This document shows positions 42,307 to 57,744 of a stretch of 64,000 nt of DNA, piece by piece. Below the pieces are notes generated by a model, which ran no database searches, was not told the DNA's origin, and worked only from the letters and a program-made list of their open reading frames with translations. This DNA comes from Eledone cirrhosa (taxonomy: Eukaryota), in contig OZ024740.1 of NCBI GenBank assembly GCA_964016885.1, positions 256,680,001 through 256,744,000 on the forward strand. Direction: 5' to 3'. How positions within the stretch are numbered: position 1 is the stretch's first letter; each line of letters begins with the position of its first letter. A program made the position numbers and the translations under genes.

Positions 42307-43079
42307 CCTGATCGCGGCGCCAAGCCAAAACCTTTTAGCGCCACTGACGAGATTTTAAATATTTGTATACCCACAATGCATCTCCCCATGCATCGAGTAC
42401 TCCATTGATTAGTGATTCTCTCTCTGCCTGTCTCCCCCTTCTATGTGTGTATATACAGAGAAAGAAAGCGGGTGGCAGTGAGATGAACATAGATAGATGT
42501 AGCGTGTACAGAAGATAGGAAGTGTAAACATAGGTGGGGTCAGATGACGTTTAATTTGATATTACTCATAGGTTATAGAGACCTGCCCCTTTCAGTAGGG
42601 AGGTGGGATTTAAGGAGTTGTGTATGGGTTACTTTAGAACCTATAGAGATAGCGGTGCTGGTGAGAAGGTGTGGTTTATGGCGTGGGGCGGAATGCTTGA
42701 TGTAAGGGGAAGATATTGAGATAGACATATAGATAAATATGTAGAAAGTTTTATAATGTGACAGATAGTGCTATAGATAGGAAGATTGCTAGACGCAAAT
42801 AGATAGGGAAATAGTAAAACAAATAGTTAATTAGATAGCTAGCTAAATAGAGAGTTAGGCAGATACAAAGACAGCCAGGGATAAGTCGATAGATAGATAA
42901 ACAAGATGAAAAGAGAGATATAGATCTATACTTAGATATGGATATGGATGATAGACGTTTCGGCTGATACCTCAGTTTTATCCGACCTAGAGGATAAGAC
43001 TAGAAGATATCAGTACTGGACTTTATTTATCGATATGTCTTGGACCTTTGTTATCGAACTTTGTTTTTGACAACAACGA

Positions 43080-43350
43080 AATATCCCGCACTCGATCTAC
43101 GGAACAGCTTGCTCATGAAATTACTGTGTAGGTGTCTGAGCATTACACGCAGGGACATGTGTATACTTAACGTAATTCCCAGTGGGGATACAGTTTGATA
43201 CAATGTGTAACAAAGCTGACCCTTCGTATAACAAATAAGTATTTTTTTCCAGGATCAACCTGAAATAAAGCGTTATGTGCCGTCCAGATTCAAACATCTA
43301 ACCCTACTTTCAGAAGTCAAGCACCATAATCACTGAGTCGCGAGTCTTCG
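43080..43350 (-). mobile_element. SINE family B, diverged
   Basis: ggaacagcttgctcatgaaatta...gtgtaacaaagctgaccctt...tgaaataaag. Confidence 0.6.
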
Positions 43351-43512
43351 TATTTATAGACTATGAAATAATAAATGACAAAGATTAGATCTACAGTATT
43401 TGATCTCAGAACTTAGAGAGCTATTCTGCCAGCATCTTAACAAATATCGTTATATTCATCTAACTGTCTAGCAAGTTTTCTATCTAGCATTAGATTCATA
43501 GAAAGTACAGTG

Positions 43513-43613
<101 letters not shown>

Positions 43614-43707
43614 GTTTATATATATATAAGTATATATATATAAGTATATATATATAAGTATATATATATATAAGTATATATATATATATAAGTATATATA
43701 TATATAA

Positions 43708-43766
<59 letters not shown>

Positions 43767-43768
43767 GA

Positions 43769-43811
<43 letters not shown>

Positions 43812-43823
43812 GTATATATATAC

Positions 43824-43861
<38 letters not shown>

Positions 43862-43957
43862 ATTTATATATATATATATACACATATATATCTATACACA
43901 CACAGAGACATATTGATATAATACATATATTTTTCAATGTGTGAGGGCCTTGACAAT

Positions 43958-44011
<54 letters not shown>

Positions 44012-44048
44012 CATATACATATATATATACATATTTATATATACATAA

Positions 44049-44081
<33 letters not shown>

Positions 44082-44102
44082 CACACATATCTCTCTCTCT
44101 CT

Positions 44103-44220
<118 letters not shown>

Positions 44221-44854
44221 TCAGATATTTAGATAGATAGATGAGAAAGGTACAGATGGATAAGTAGAGGAATTGAAAGATAGATAAATATATGTATATA
44301 TACCACTAATAACTGAATGTGTGCGTTCAGAATCTCTGACAGGCACTTTGGAGGTGCAGGCCCCGTGAAATCCTCCAGCGAGTGGGAAATTCCGACGTGC
44401 TAGCACAAACTCAATCTCTCTAGTTCGATATACTGCGTCCAGAATATATTTTGTTATCCCGTTTGTAAAATAAGTTGGATTACTTTGAATAAATAATGAA
44501 TGAATATTACATAATTTATCTACTAAATTTCGTTATTCTTGATTAAATATAAATAATTTTGTGGCTTATTTTAAGATTCACTTCTTTAACATTTTCCAAT
44601 GTCAATACTTCCGGTTAGCGATCGCTTAAAAAACATTCATATATTTCCGTCACATTTTTTCTCCTAATGCAGTTTATATATAATATCGTCTTTTTTAATG
44701 TATCATGGATTACGTTACTGATTACATAAGACAGTGTAACGCAGTCTTCGTTCAATTTCTGTGTATATTGTGAATTACGATTTTATTTGATGTATCATAT
44801 CTACATGTATATATACTTGCGTATAATATCAATATGCACACTACATGTACTAGC

Positions 44855-46300
44855 AGAAAATCACCTGTGAACTATCGTCCAGTCAGTCAATACTAGCTGC
44901 ATTGCCAAACTGATGGAATCCTGTGTCAGAGAAACACTTTGGAACTTCTGGAACTCTCACAGTCTTATCCGGCCCTCGCAATTTGGATTTGTCCTTTACT
45001 CCAGCTGCGGTGATCAACTTATCAAGTTTCTTGAAGACATCACCCGGATCACTGATAGCGGTTCATGGGTGGATGTTGTTTACCTTGACTTTGCTAAAGC
45101 TTTCAATTCTGTGCCACACAAAAAACTTAAGCAAAATTCTCTGCAATGGGTGTGAAGGATGATCTTTTTAACCGGTTGAAGTCCTTCATTCTCAGTCGAA
45201 GAGAGGTAGTCACAGTTCTAGGACAGCATTCCTCACCGTATGAAATGACATTTGGTGTACCACAGGGATCTGTTCATGGCCCCCTTTTGTTTGTGGCATA
45301 TATTAATGACATAGATGCCAACTTAAAGTATGCCACAGTACTGGAATATGCAGATGATATCAAGCTGTACCTTGAGACAAAAAGGACAGATCCTGAACAC
45401 TATAGATCTCGCCTGCAATCTGACCTGGACACAATGCAACAATGGATCACGGACTGGCAACTCAAGCTGGCTGTGGACAAGTGTACCACCATGCATTTTG
45501 GGGGTAAAAACCCAACGTCCACATATTCCCCCCCACAACACTAATATCAAGAAGTCTTCTTGTCAACGTGACCTGGGCATTACTGTCAGCAGCGATTTGC
45601 CTTGACGAAGCAGGTCTCTAAAATTGTCAAGAGGGTTGAGGGTGTCTTAGCATCACTCAGCAAGACCTTTGTCAGCCGCTCTCCAGCTATCTATTTAAAG
45701 CTGTATATAGCTATGGTTCGGCCTCACTTAGAATCTGCATCGCCTGTCTGGAACCCCTATCTTGCTCAGAACATTGACCGCCTGGAAACTGTTCAGAGAC
45801 GTGCAACCAAGCAAATACCCTCCATCAGACATCTACCATACTCTGAACGCCTTGCTTCCCTGGACATGGATACATTGAAGCTCCGACGTCTGGCAACTGA
45901 CTTGGTAAACACCCACAAAATTATTAATCATTTTGCCAAAAACAACCCTGAGTACCTATTTGATTTCCATGTGTCTAACACACGTGGGCTTGCCAACAAA
46001 GTCAGTAGAGCTCCCATGACTTTCGGAAACATTTCTTCACGCTCAGAAATGCTGAAGCATGGAACAAACTACCTGCATCAGTTATTAGCTGTTGAGACAC
46101 TGCATCCTTTAAAACCTCCATGCTTCCTGAGATTTGCCAACACTATACCTGATATCCCCCTCTATACACGTACGCATGTATATCATGACTAATACACTAT
46201 GCCCTTCCCTGACATTTGTATACTATTCTATGTACTATACATCCACCTTTGATGAGTTGTAGTGCACCTGATCACTGTACACAATAATTTCATTATTATT
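44855..46300 (+). mobile_element. 5'-truncated CR1/L2-type LINE (RT and 3' UTR)
   Basis: NYRPVS, QFGF, DVVYLDFAKAFNSVPH, GVPQGSVHGPLLF, YADD, DLGI, VRPHLE.ASPVWNP, LETVQRRATK; (ATT)n tail. Confidence 0.92.
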
Positions 46301-46312
46301 TATATATACCTA

Positions 46313-47292
46313 TGGGCGGTGAATTGGCAGTATCGGTAGAGGGTGACGACATGCTTTGGCGCATAGAGTTACCGTCCTTGCCATTATGAGTTCAAATCCC
46401 GCCGAGGTTAACATTGCCTTTCATCTTTACGGTGTCGATAAAATAAAGTACCAGTAATGCACTGGGTACTTGCTGGCATTGTGCCAAAAGTAGAAACAAT
46501 TATTTTTATTTTTATTTGTATTTACATCATTTATTATCTTATATATATACACCTTTCACCTTTTGTCTTTGCATTTCTTCACTTAAACATACTTTATCTC
46601 GATAATTTTATCCTCTATTATAATTGTTTCTACTATTGGCACAAGGCCAGAAAATTACCCAGTACATTACTGGTACTTTATTTTATCGACCCCGTAAGGA
46701 TGAAAGGCAAAGTTAACCTCGGCGGGATTTGAACTCAGAATGGCAAGGGCCGTAACTCTATGCGTCAAAGCATGGCGTCCGAACCTCTACCGATACTGCC
46801 AATCCACCGCCTATATAATAATAATCCTCTATTATAATACATCTCAAACTAGCTATTTTACATAGTATTAAAAATAAAAATAATTGTTTCTGCTTTTGGC
46901 ACCAGGCCAGCAATTATCCCAGTGCATTACTGGTACTTTATTTTATCGACCCGGTAAGGATGAAAGGCAAAGATAACCTCGGCGGGATTTGAACTCAGAT
47001 CATAAAGGGAGGTAACTCTATGCTTCAAAACATGGCGCCCGACCCTCTACCGATACTGCCAAATGACCGGCCAATTAAAAATAAAAATAATTGTTTCTAC
47101 TTTAGGCACAAGGCCAGCAATTATCCAGTGCATTACTGGTACTTTATTTTATCGACCCCGTAAGGATGAAAGGCAAAGTCAACCTCGGCGGGATTTGAAC
47201 TCAGATCATAAAGGGACGTAACTATGCTTGAAAGCATGGCGTCCGACCCTCTACCGATACTGCCCTCTACCGATACTGCCAATCCACCGCCC
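46313..47292. mobile_element. Cluster of four SINE-A copies (46313-46500 +; 46622-46812, 46880-47065 and 47088-47292 -)
   Basis: A/B boxes and conserved body in each copy. Confidence 0.9.
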
Positions 47293-47344
47293 TTAAAAAT
47301 AAAAATAATGATGTTAATACAGATGTTTTTAAGTTATTCTTACG

Positions 47345-47975
<631 letters not shown>

Positions 47976-47977
<2 letters not shown>

Positions 47978-48325
47978 TATATTGCGTAAGCAATGCCCTC
48001 GTGTATCTCTCGAAACGATCGGTGTCTCCATTGAATTGAAGTGCCCTGAGTGTGGAAAAATTTGCTTGAGCAAATCTGGTCTCAGGAGCCACAGTCGCAG
48101 CCATGTTCAAAGAAAACCAGTGAACTATGATCACCACGGTGTTGTGAGGCTTTCACGGGCAACCTCAAGCCAAGGAGATCCATGCAGGACCTCAAGCCAA
48201 GGAGATCCATAGTTGTCGTTAGCGTGTGAAGGAGTGCAAGTCTCTTGAAAAGCCATATCCGAGCGTCCCACATCTGAATCTAACAAACGATTTCAATACT
48301 CTTGGCAGAGTTTGCAGCCATCATA
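47976..48325 (+). mobile_element. RTE-like 3' end with C2H2 fingers in (TA)n
   Basis: [40 protein letters not shown]-like second finger; tail gcagccatcat(AT)n like 31860. Confidence 0.6.
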
Positions 48326-48395
48326 TATATATATATGTTGATTTAAAACTGCACTATCCACAAGTGTTTTTTAGCCTTCATATCATGTTCTCCTG

Positions 48396-48462
48396 TTTTA
48401 TCTGATGAAAACACAAATATTATTGCATGATGATGTTTGTTTTTGAAATGCGCATAATAAAA
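48396..48462 (+). ncRNA. Hammerhead ribozyme motif, core intact, long stem II
   Basis: ttttat CTGATGA aaacacaaatat tattgcatgatg atgtttgttttt GAAA tgcgca T a ataaaa. Confidence 0.8.
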
Positions 48463-48494
48463 TATATGGAACTCCTTTAACCATCTTTTGATCT

Positions 48495-48531
<37 letters not shown>

Positions 48532-48554
48532 TATATAAATATATACATATATAT

Positions 48555-48882
48555 GTGACAGCAACGACTCTTTGGTTAAACTTTAATCTGCTATTTTAAT
48601 ATATAAGAGTCGTTGCTGTCACCCTTAACGGGATCTTCTGAAACTAAAAAATCAATATGTGAACGCAGAAGTAGATATTTCGAAAAACTTTGGAACCGAA
48701 GGAAAGCAGGAAGATGATACTTTGGTTCGTGAATACATTCCCTGGCAATGAACGGGAAAAGGTGAAGATAATAATTTAATCTGTTATTTTAATAAATATT
48801 TGCTCTATGGTTCTTATATATTTGATATATATTTATCCTTATCGAGCCCTCTTTGGATTTTAGTCCTCACATTTATTATTAT

Positions 48883-48929
<47 letters not shown>

Positions 48930-49008
48930 AGGAAGTGTGGTAAGGAACCAGATGGACACCAGAAATAGCCGTCGAAACGGCTTGAGCTCTGCAGCCGGGG
49001 TTAGACAT

Positions 49009-49073
<65 letters not shown>

Positions 49074-49141
49074 TATTGAGTATTCTGGTGAGTTTTGGGT
49101 CCATCTGTTTCCTTACTACACTTCCTTCGTTATATATATAT

Positions 49142-49183
<42 letters not shown>

Positions 49184-49352
49184 ATAATAATAAATGTGAA
49201 GACTAAAATACAAAGTGGGCTCGATAAGGATAAATATATATCAAATATATAAGAACAATAGAGCAAATATTTGTTAAAATAACAGATTAAAGTATTATCT
49301 TCAAACTTTTCCGTTCATTGCCAGGGAATGTATTCACAAACCAAAGTATCAC
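48555..49352. mobile_element. Rearranged inverted cluster of family F1 with another inverted pair nested at 48927-49130
   Basis: F1 segments alternate orientation around (TA)n tracts. Confidence 0.75.
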
Positions 49353-49649
49353 CGGTGTTAAATATTTTCCTATATAATTATATATATATATATATATATA
49401 TACATATATATACATATATATACATATATATGTATACATATACAAAGGAGGCAATCTGGAATATATATTAGTAAGATATGCCTATTCTTATATCTACCCT
49501 TTTTATATAATACCAATAAGGATTCTAACTTCATTGTTTCCGAAATAGACGGTGTGATATATTATGTCTGATAGTATACAGTTCTCTAAATGCTATAGAT
49601 CAGTCAATATATCGATAGGATCAAACCTTCAAAACGATCGTAAAACAAT

Positions 49650-49849
49650 NNNNNNNNNNNNNNNNNNNNNNNNNNNNNNNNNNNNNNNNNNNNNNNNNNN
49701 NNNNNNNNNNNNNNNNNNNNNNNNNNNNNNNNNNNNNNNNNNNNNNNNNNNNNNNNNNNNNNNNNNNNNNNNNNNNNNNNNNNNNNNNNNNNNNNNNNNN
49801 NNNNNNNNNNNNNNNNNNNNNNNNNNNNNNNNNNNNNNNNNNNNNNNNN
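49650..49849. other. Assembly gap (200 N)
   Basis: Run of n. Confidence 1.
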
Positions 49850-50342
49850 GAATTGGCAGTATCGGTAGAGGGTTGGACGCCATGTTTTCTAGCATAGTTA
49901 CGTCCCTTTACAATCAGAGTTCAAATCCCGCCGAGGTTAACTTTGCCTTTCATCCTTACGGGGTCGATAAAATAAAGTACCAGTAATGTACTGGGTAATT
50001 GCTGGCCTTGTGCCTAAAGTAGAAACAGTTATATATTATATATAAATAATATATATATCATACATATTTTATATATATTTATATTATATATATTTATGTT
50101 ATATATATTATATATATATTATATATAAGTGTATATATATATATTTATATTATATATATATATGATATATATAAATATATATATGTATAATAAATATAAT
50201 ATATATAGTATATATATATATATATATGTATAATTATATATGTATATATATATATATATATATGTATATCTATGTATATATATATGTATATATATATATT
50301 ATATATGTATATATATGTACATATATATATATATAATATATG

Positions 50343-50373
<31 letters not shown>

Positions 50374-51481
50374 TACATATATTATATATCATATATAAAT
50401 AATATATTATATATATTATATATCATATCTAAATAATATATATATATATTATATATGATATAAATATATATATATATATAATATATATATATCATATATA
50501 TATATCATATATATATTATATATATTTATATTATATATATTATAATATATATATAAATATATATATATAAATATATATATTATATATATTTTTATATGAT
50601 ATATATAAATGTATATATATATATGACATATATATGTGTGTGGATACATATATATTTATATATATAGACACACACATATATTATATATATATATATATAT
50701 TATATTATATATATGTAATATATGAAACATATATATATATAATATATCTTATATATATATATATATATAATATATATATAATATATATAATTGTTTCTAT
50801 TTTAGGTACAAGGCCAGCAATTATCCAGACATTGCTTGTACTCTATTTTATCTAGCCCGTAAGGATAAAAGGCAAAGTCAACCTCGGCCGGATTTGAACT
50901 CAGATCGTAAAGGGACGTAACTATGCTGGATAGCATGTCCGACCCTCTACCGATACTGCCAATTCATAATATATATAATATAAGCAGTTCTAGTCCAGTA
51001 GGAGCCATTTCTGGCAGTATCGGTAATTACGGCCTATGCCATTTTGACTCCTAATCCGGCCGAGGTTAACTCTGCCTTTCACCCTACGGGGTCGATAAAA
51101 TAAAGTACCAGTAATGCACTGGGTAATTGCTGGCCTTGTGCCAAATGTAGAAATAATGATATATATATATATATGTATACATATATATCATAAATATATT
51201 ATATGTATATTTATGTATAACGTATATAATATAAATATATATAATATATATAATATATATATATATAATATATATATATATATAATATATATATATAATA
51301 TATATATATAATATATATATATTACAGATATTATATGTTATATATAAATAGTATATATATTATATATATATTATGTGTATACATATATATATTATGTGTA
51401 TACATATATATAATATGTATATATATATAATATATATATATGTGATATATATATATATATAAGATATATATATATATAATG

Positions 51482-51546
<65 letters not shown>

Positions 51547-52055
51547 TATATATATATAAATATAATATATATATTATATATATTTATATTATATTTGATA
51601 TATATATATATATATTTAAATAACAGATTAAAGTTTAAACAAAGAATCGCTGCTTTCACCCTTAACGGGATCTTCTGAAACTGGTTCTTTTATATCTGAT
51701 ATATATTTGTCCTTATCGATCCCTCTTTGGATTTTAGTCTTCAAATTTATTATTATTACTATATATATATATATATATAAATATCATATATATATATTAT
51801 ATATATTTATATTATATACGTTATACATAAATATACATATAATATATTTATGATATATATATATATATACTTGTTTCTGCTTTTGGCACAAGGCCAGCAA
51901 AATACCCGGTGCATTACTGGTACTTTATTTTATCGACCCCGTAAGGATGAAAGGCAAAGTTAACCTCACCGTGATTTGAACTCAGGCCATAAAGGGCCGT
52001 AACTCTTTGCTGCAAAGCATGGTGTCAGACCCTCTACCGATACTGCTAATCCACA
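49850..52055. mobile_element. SINE-A copies (49850-50030 +, 50788-50965 -, 51012-51160 +, 51870-52055 -) and F1 pieces (51617-51760) among AT-rich tracts
   Basis: Conserved SINE body; F1 variant HHR at 51632-51682 (-). Confidence 0.85.
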
Positions 52056-52361
52056 CGTATAATGTATATAGAAATGGCTCTTATTGGACTAGATCTCCAT
52101 CATTCGAAGAAAATCTTTAGGAAAGCGGCTTTTCAGATGAATGAAACTATTCTAGTCCTGTAGAAGCCATTTCTATATTGAAAATGTATACTCTGCTATG
52201 TATTGAGTACCTTATTTAGTGGGGTTACCCCCGATTAGACCTGGGATACACACACACATGTGTATATATATATATTATATATATATTAAAGGTAACCATA
52301 GTAAGTAAAGTTAATTTTTTAAAAATTTATTTTGAAACTTTTTCTTATTTGCTAGCCCTTG

Positions 52362-52401
<40 letters not shown>

Positions 52402-52439
52402 AAATATCACCTTGATCACCTTGATCACCTTGATCGACC

Positions 52440-52775
52440 AGTGTGTCGGGCGTCCATTCGGCGCCGCTGTTTTAGCCATAAAATACCGCCATGACTGGCT
52501 GGGCGGGCAGACCGCTACCTATCCATCTCATTTCTAAAGCTGAGTAAACTGGAGCAACGTGAAATAAAGTGTCTTGCTCAAGGAAACATCAGATCACTCG
52601 GTCCGAGAATTGAACTCACAACCTTTCGATTGTGTTGTTTCCTTGAGCAAGACACTTTATTTCACGTTGCTCCAGTTTACTCACCTGTATAAATGCGATG
52701 AAGAGGTACCGGTCTGCACGCCCAGCCAGTCATGGCTTAGTGGTTAGAGCATTGGGCTTGCAATCGAAAGGTATA
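52440..52775. mobile_element. Inverted, rearranged SINE-B pair
   Basis: gagtaaactggagcaacgtgaaataaagtgtcttgctcaagg / its reverse complement at 52640-52683. Confidence 0.85.
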
Positions 52776-52779
52776 TATT

Positions 52780-53075
52780 GAATATATGTTAGTTGTTTAC
52801 CGACACCTCAGTATGCACATTGGAGCACTCGACGAAGTACGCAGGTTGATTTGGTTATTCCAGAGTAATGTAAAATAAAGTAATTAAGTTAAATATTTAA
52901 AACTTGGCTTCGTTTATTAAAGATAAACTGCTATATATATTTGGGTGACAGCCATCATTGGCTGTGACCTCTTCAGGCAGTCCGAATTGGTGTGGTAGAG
53001 ACAGGTACACATGTTGTTAAAGTGTTTTACTCCGTCAATACTCCGATATGTCCAGCTCCTTGTTGGGATGATATT
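52780..53075 (-). mobile_element. Family F5 copy with HHR at 52927-52981
   Basis: actgc CTGAAGA ggtcacagccaatgatggctgtcacc cAAA tatata T a gcagt. Confidence 0.8.
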
Positions 53076-53091
53076 TCTCTGAGGAACTGGA

Positions 53092-53140
<49 letters not shown>

Positions 53141-53144
<4 letters not shown>

Positions 53145-53378
53145 TAAAATAACAGATTAAAGTTTAAGCAAAGAATCGCTGCTTTCACCTTTAACAGGAT
53201 CTTCTGATCACCTTGATCGTCAATTCAGAAGATCCGGTCAAGGGTGAAAGCAGCGATTCTTTGCTTAAACTTCAATCTGTTATTTTAATAAATATTTGCT
53301 CTACGGTTCTTATATATTTGATATATATTTATCCTTATCGAGCCCTCTTTGGATTTTAGTCTTCAAATTTATTATTAT

Positions 53379-53382
<4 letters not shown>
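53141..53382. mobile_element. Head-to-head inverted pair of F1 (variant HHRs at 53161-53207 - and 53224-53271 +)
   Basis: tt CAGAAGA tccg gtcaa gggt GAAA gcagcgattctttgc T t aaact; followed by aataaa and tail. Confidence 0.8.
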
Positions 53383-53441
<59 letters not shown>

Positions 53442-54264
53442 AAATATATATTTACAGCATGGTATATATGCATGTGTATATGTTCGTAGTGTATGTATAT
53501 ATATGTATAAATATACATATATACGTGTTTATATATATATAATTGTGTGCGCCTATATATACATGCGCACATATATTCATTCATACACATGCGTGGTGTG
53601 GAGTTATTAATGTGTAGATATTATTTATACGCAATAAATCTAAAATAGATTATTTATTACATGTGTTTACCTAATGTTATTTATACATAAAGTAAACATA
53701 TATATGTCATATTATGTATATATATGTATGTATTATACAGCTATTTTAGGAAGAAATAGCCTGCAGCCGATATTGCTTCAAGTTAGGTATGTTGGCAAGT
53801 TTATGATTGAATCGTTTAAAGAAATATATCCCTAATCACATCTTTCGAATATTCTTTTTGCCACACAGAGACATGCATAGTGAACCAGAGACACAAATAT
53901 AGCAAGCACAGACAAGCACATACATATAGCCAGCAATGTCAGAGACATTAGCTAGCACAGCCAGGTGCACACATGCAGGCAGCACAATTAGACACACATG
54001 CATACGCATACATATAGACAAAACTAGACATACTGTTATAGACACGTACATGCATATGGGTGTCTGACATACAGACACACACACACGCAGAAAAAAAGCC
54101 TATTACACGGACGTTCAGTCACACATATACGTACAAACACACATGTAGGCAAGACTCAAACACATACACACACACATAGAGACACATTATAAAAGCAATA
54201 TGCATAGTTTTTCTGTCATTGTTTCCCAATTTTCACCATATTCGTATTTTTATTTTTTTCACAG

Positions 54265-54810
54265 GCAGCGCCCAGGTCTGTCGGCCACATTTTCACACAC
54301 CACTTCATCCGTGGTTGACGGAGAGCAAGCCAGTTATGGCTCACTCCAGCCCCAGTTGGATGAATCCTTTCAGCAAGTCACTTACTCATCCAAATGCCAC
54401 TGCACCGTTGTCTGTTCATCCCCCTACCTCAATTGCCACATCTAGCTCGTTCAGCTTCCCGCCAACCCCTCCCAAAGACACCAGTCCGGACAGTATAAAT
54501 GGCGGAGCAAATCATGGTGACTATACTACGGAGAACAAACCGTTTAAGGTAGTTGACGAGAATGATCATCAAAATGGTATATTATCGGGCAGCAACGCTG
54601 GCAGTGGGGGCGCTACGGGTGCCGCTGGTATTCCGCACTTTCTCAACACACACGGGTCAACTCATCCGGCTCATCACATGACCAGCTATCCTTCCTACAT
54701 GACCGGAACAGAATACACCTCTACTCCTCTCGGTTTTCACCCAGCCACTAGTATGTTTAAAGCCACTTCAGCGTTATCAAGAAGTCGGTCAAAATCCAGA
54801 TCAAACTCAG
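54265..54810 (+). CDS. GATA123: Internal coding exon of a GATA1/2/3-class transcription factor (region before zinc finger 1)
   Basis: Acceptor ttttttcacAG, donor agGTATGT, 546 nt, phase 1-1; motifs QVCRPHFHTPLHPWL, FSFPPTPPKD, HHMTSYPSY and RSKSRSNS are characteristic of GATA2/3, ending where the EGRECVNC exon normally starts. Confidence 0.92.
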
Positions 54811-54904
54811 GTATGTCACCTTAACATATTCCTCATTTCTTTTTTTTAATTTCTCGTATTTATTTTTTTGTTTAGGTTTTGAAAATAGCTTATTCGTTTG
54901 TGAA

Positions 54905-55025
54905 AAGGCACTTGACCTAATGGTAACGGTGTTGGACTCAAAATTATAAAGTCGTGTGTTCAATTCCTGGACCGGGCGTCGCGTTTTGTTCTTGAACAAT
55001 ATATTTTATTTTACGCTGTGCTCTC
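54905..55025 (+). mobile_element. SINE family B
   Basis: tgacctaatggtaa A-box, gttcaattcc B-box, cttgaacaa...ttttattttacg. Confidence 0.65.
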
Positions 55026-55181
55026 TGCAGATAATATCAGCAATGATCTGATGAAACGATCGGCCCTTTTCCCCTACCAGGTATTGCACCTGACAACTTG
55101 TATAAAAAAGGGAAAGAAAGATGGAACCATTGTTTTCTCGGTCCTTTTATTAATTTCTTTATATATATATTGATATATACA

Positions 55182-55298
<117 letters not shown>

Positions 55299-55299
55299 C

Positions 55300-55350
<51 letters not shown>

Positions 55351-55449
55351 AATTCTATTTTAAAATATTTTTTACTTCATTTTATTGATTTCATGCTTGA
55401 AAATAAATATGCAAGAGAACTATTACGACGACGATAATAATAAAATAAT

Positions 55450-55685
55450 AATGGTTTCTACTCTAGGCACAAGGCCAGCAATTTTGGGGGAAGGGGAACT
55501 TCGATTAAATCGACCCGGTGCATTACTGGTGCTTTATTTTATCGACCCTCTAAGGATGAAAGGCAAAACTAACCTCGGTGGGATTTGAACTCAGAACGTA
55601 AAGGGTTGTAACTCTATGCCTGTAACTCTATGTCTCAAAGCGTGTTGTCCAACCCACTACTGATTCTGCCAATCCACCGCCCTAA
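55450..55685 (-). mobile_element. SINE family A
   Basis: Conserved body and head. Confidence 0.88.
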
Positions 55686-55971
55686 TATTAATTATAATAA
55701 TAGCCATATTAATTATATAATTTTTATATAAACGTCATCATGTTAAACTAACACCTTACTAATAATGTTTAATATGATTATAAAAAAGAATTAAATAATA
55801 AAAAATAAATAAGTAATATCTATAACAACAAAAACAAATTGAAATAATTAATTAATTTAGTTAATTACTGATAATGTTTCCTGATATGTAAGGCAGCATG
55901 AAACATCTATTTAGATATAGAACACAACTGCAGCCAAGTACTGCATGTATATCAGCACCAATCAGTGGTGA

Positions 55972-56090
55972 AGCAGTATGGCCTAATTGTTAAGATGTTA
56001 CACTCACCATTATAAGTTTGTGGGTTCAGTTCCTGGACAGGTTGGTGCGTTTTGATCTTGAGCAACATGTTTCATTTCACATTGCTTTTC
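55972..56090 (+). mobile_element. SINE family B
   Basis: tggcctaattgttaa, gggttcagttcc, cttgagcaac..tttcac. Confidence 0.65.
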
Positions 56091-57686
56091 ATTATACCAC
56101 CGATGCTCATATAATTAAAACACCAGAAAAACCTCCTACAAGATGAACCCTAATAGTAGGCCACCTAAACCTGCATAGATGTTAGCAGTAGATTTCATTT
56201 TTTTTCTATTTACTTGAAAACCATCCTCTCATTTTAGCCAATTTTCTGTTTGAACCAAGGAACCTCATTCCATATGTATCAACCTATCATCACTGTTTCT
56301 ATTTCCGATACAGTCATCAATCCAGTGTCTCTTTGAAATATATCAATTAAGGTTTTGGGTTGTATTCTATGGATATTTCACTCATGCATTGGATGTTATA
56401 GAACTAGATTTGATGCTATTACTTCAGGATGTCTCACACAATGATTTGTCAATCTCAGTCTTCGCTAAGCTATCCTTACAGATAACGTTAGCAGACCCTT
56501 ATTTGGATATGTAGACCTTCCAAGTTAAGTTAAAAACATCGATAACATGCGGGAATAGATTCCGTCTAATTTCCAAGCCTCTGTTTGAGTGTTCACGTGC
56601 CACAAAACCATGTTACAAAACAGATTCAATAGTTGCCAAACAGAATCTGATCTTGAAGAGGCTCCGATTAAATGTCTGTCTTCTGTGGTAATATGTATCC
56701 AGCAATTTGAATATTGACCAATTGGTGACCAACATGTAGCCAACTGCTGTTGATCAACAATTAGTGACCAACAAGCAATTAAGTATTTAAGTTCAATTAA
56801 CTGCAGAAAAAATCCATTCTAGTTCACCAATAAAAAAGATACTACGTCTAGACTGGATTGGCAGAATATATGAGTATCGGACAATATGAAATATCCACGA
56901 TATTTAGTTGTAGTCCATTACACTTTGAGTGCAAATCCTTGCTATGGTGAACCATTTAAAATCAAAATATTGGTTCAATTGCTGGAATGGATTTGAAACA
57001 TTCTAGATGTGAATGGAATTATATTAGAAGATTAGAAGGTTAAGCGTACAAATAACCAGTTATCGGGCTACAAATAACCAGTTATCAATGTAACATCAAA
57101 ACAATTTTTCCTGTTTAAATATAACAAACCCACCTGGAAAATAATCACCCAGCTAAGGTTCAGTTATTTAGTGGCGGCCTGTTTATTTAGACTAACTGTG
57201 TCTATATATAACACAATACTAACAGTATTTTCTGTAATTTGTCTGTCATATAATGATAGGCGATGTAAATAAAATGTACAAAACACGTAAGTATTTTTGC
57301 CATCTTTTATTTCCGTTTCTACACCTAAGAGCCTTCTTGGCCTCCATTATAATCAGTGTAGTCATCTTTACAGTGTCCCTATGACCGCATGACTTAATAT
57401 CCATTGTTTTAATGTCTACCCTCTCTAATTAAAACAAGACATAGCCAGATGAACACTGAACACATTTTATCATCACATCCTTCTAATGTCTTGTTGCTGC
57501 TCTGTTTCATTTCTGCTTCGAAGTTTATATCAAGATGCCTTTTTCTGAATGGGCCTGAGTGTTTGTGTGTTTGTTTATTTGTCACTCTACCTGTCCACCC
57601 GCCATCCTGCCTACCTAACTATTTTAACAATCTATTAAGTTTGCAGGCCAATACAAAACCAGTCACAAGTCAATACACAATATACA

Positions 57687-57744
<58 letters not shown>

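Noticed and set aside
42302-42358. ctgacga-containing hairpin
   Set aside because: No downstream GAAA or three-way junction; simple imperfect inverted repeat
46313-46400. tRNA gene-like A/B boxes (also other copies)
   Set aside because: SINE heads continuing into a shared SINE body; no cloverleaf
48040-48110. Host C2H2 zinc-finger gene exon
   Set aside because: TA-flanked, with the same tail as 31730-31870; better explained as an RTE-like retroelement 3' end
54219-54264. ORF-track N-terminal extension (MFPNFHH...) and C-terminal MSP of the GATA ORF
   Set aside because: Intronic read-through beyond clear splice sites
55045-55062. gatCTGATGAAACgatc hammerhead-like string
   Set aside because: No room for stem II; GAAA overlaps the core
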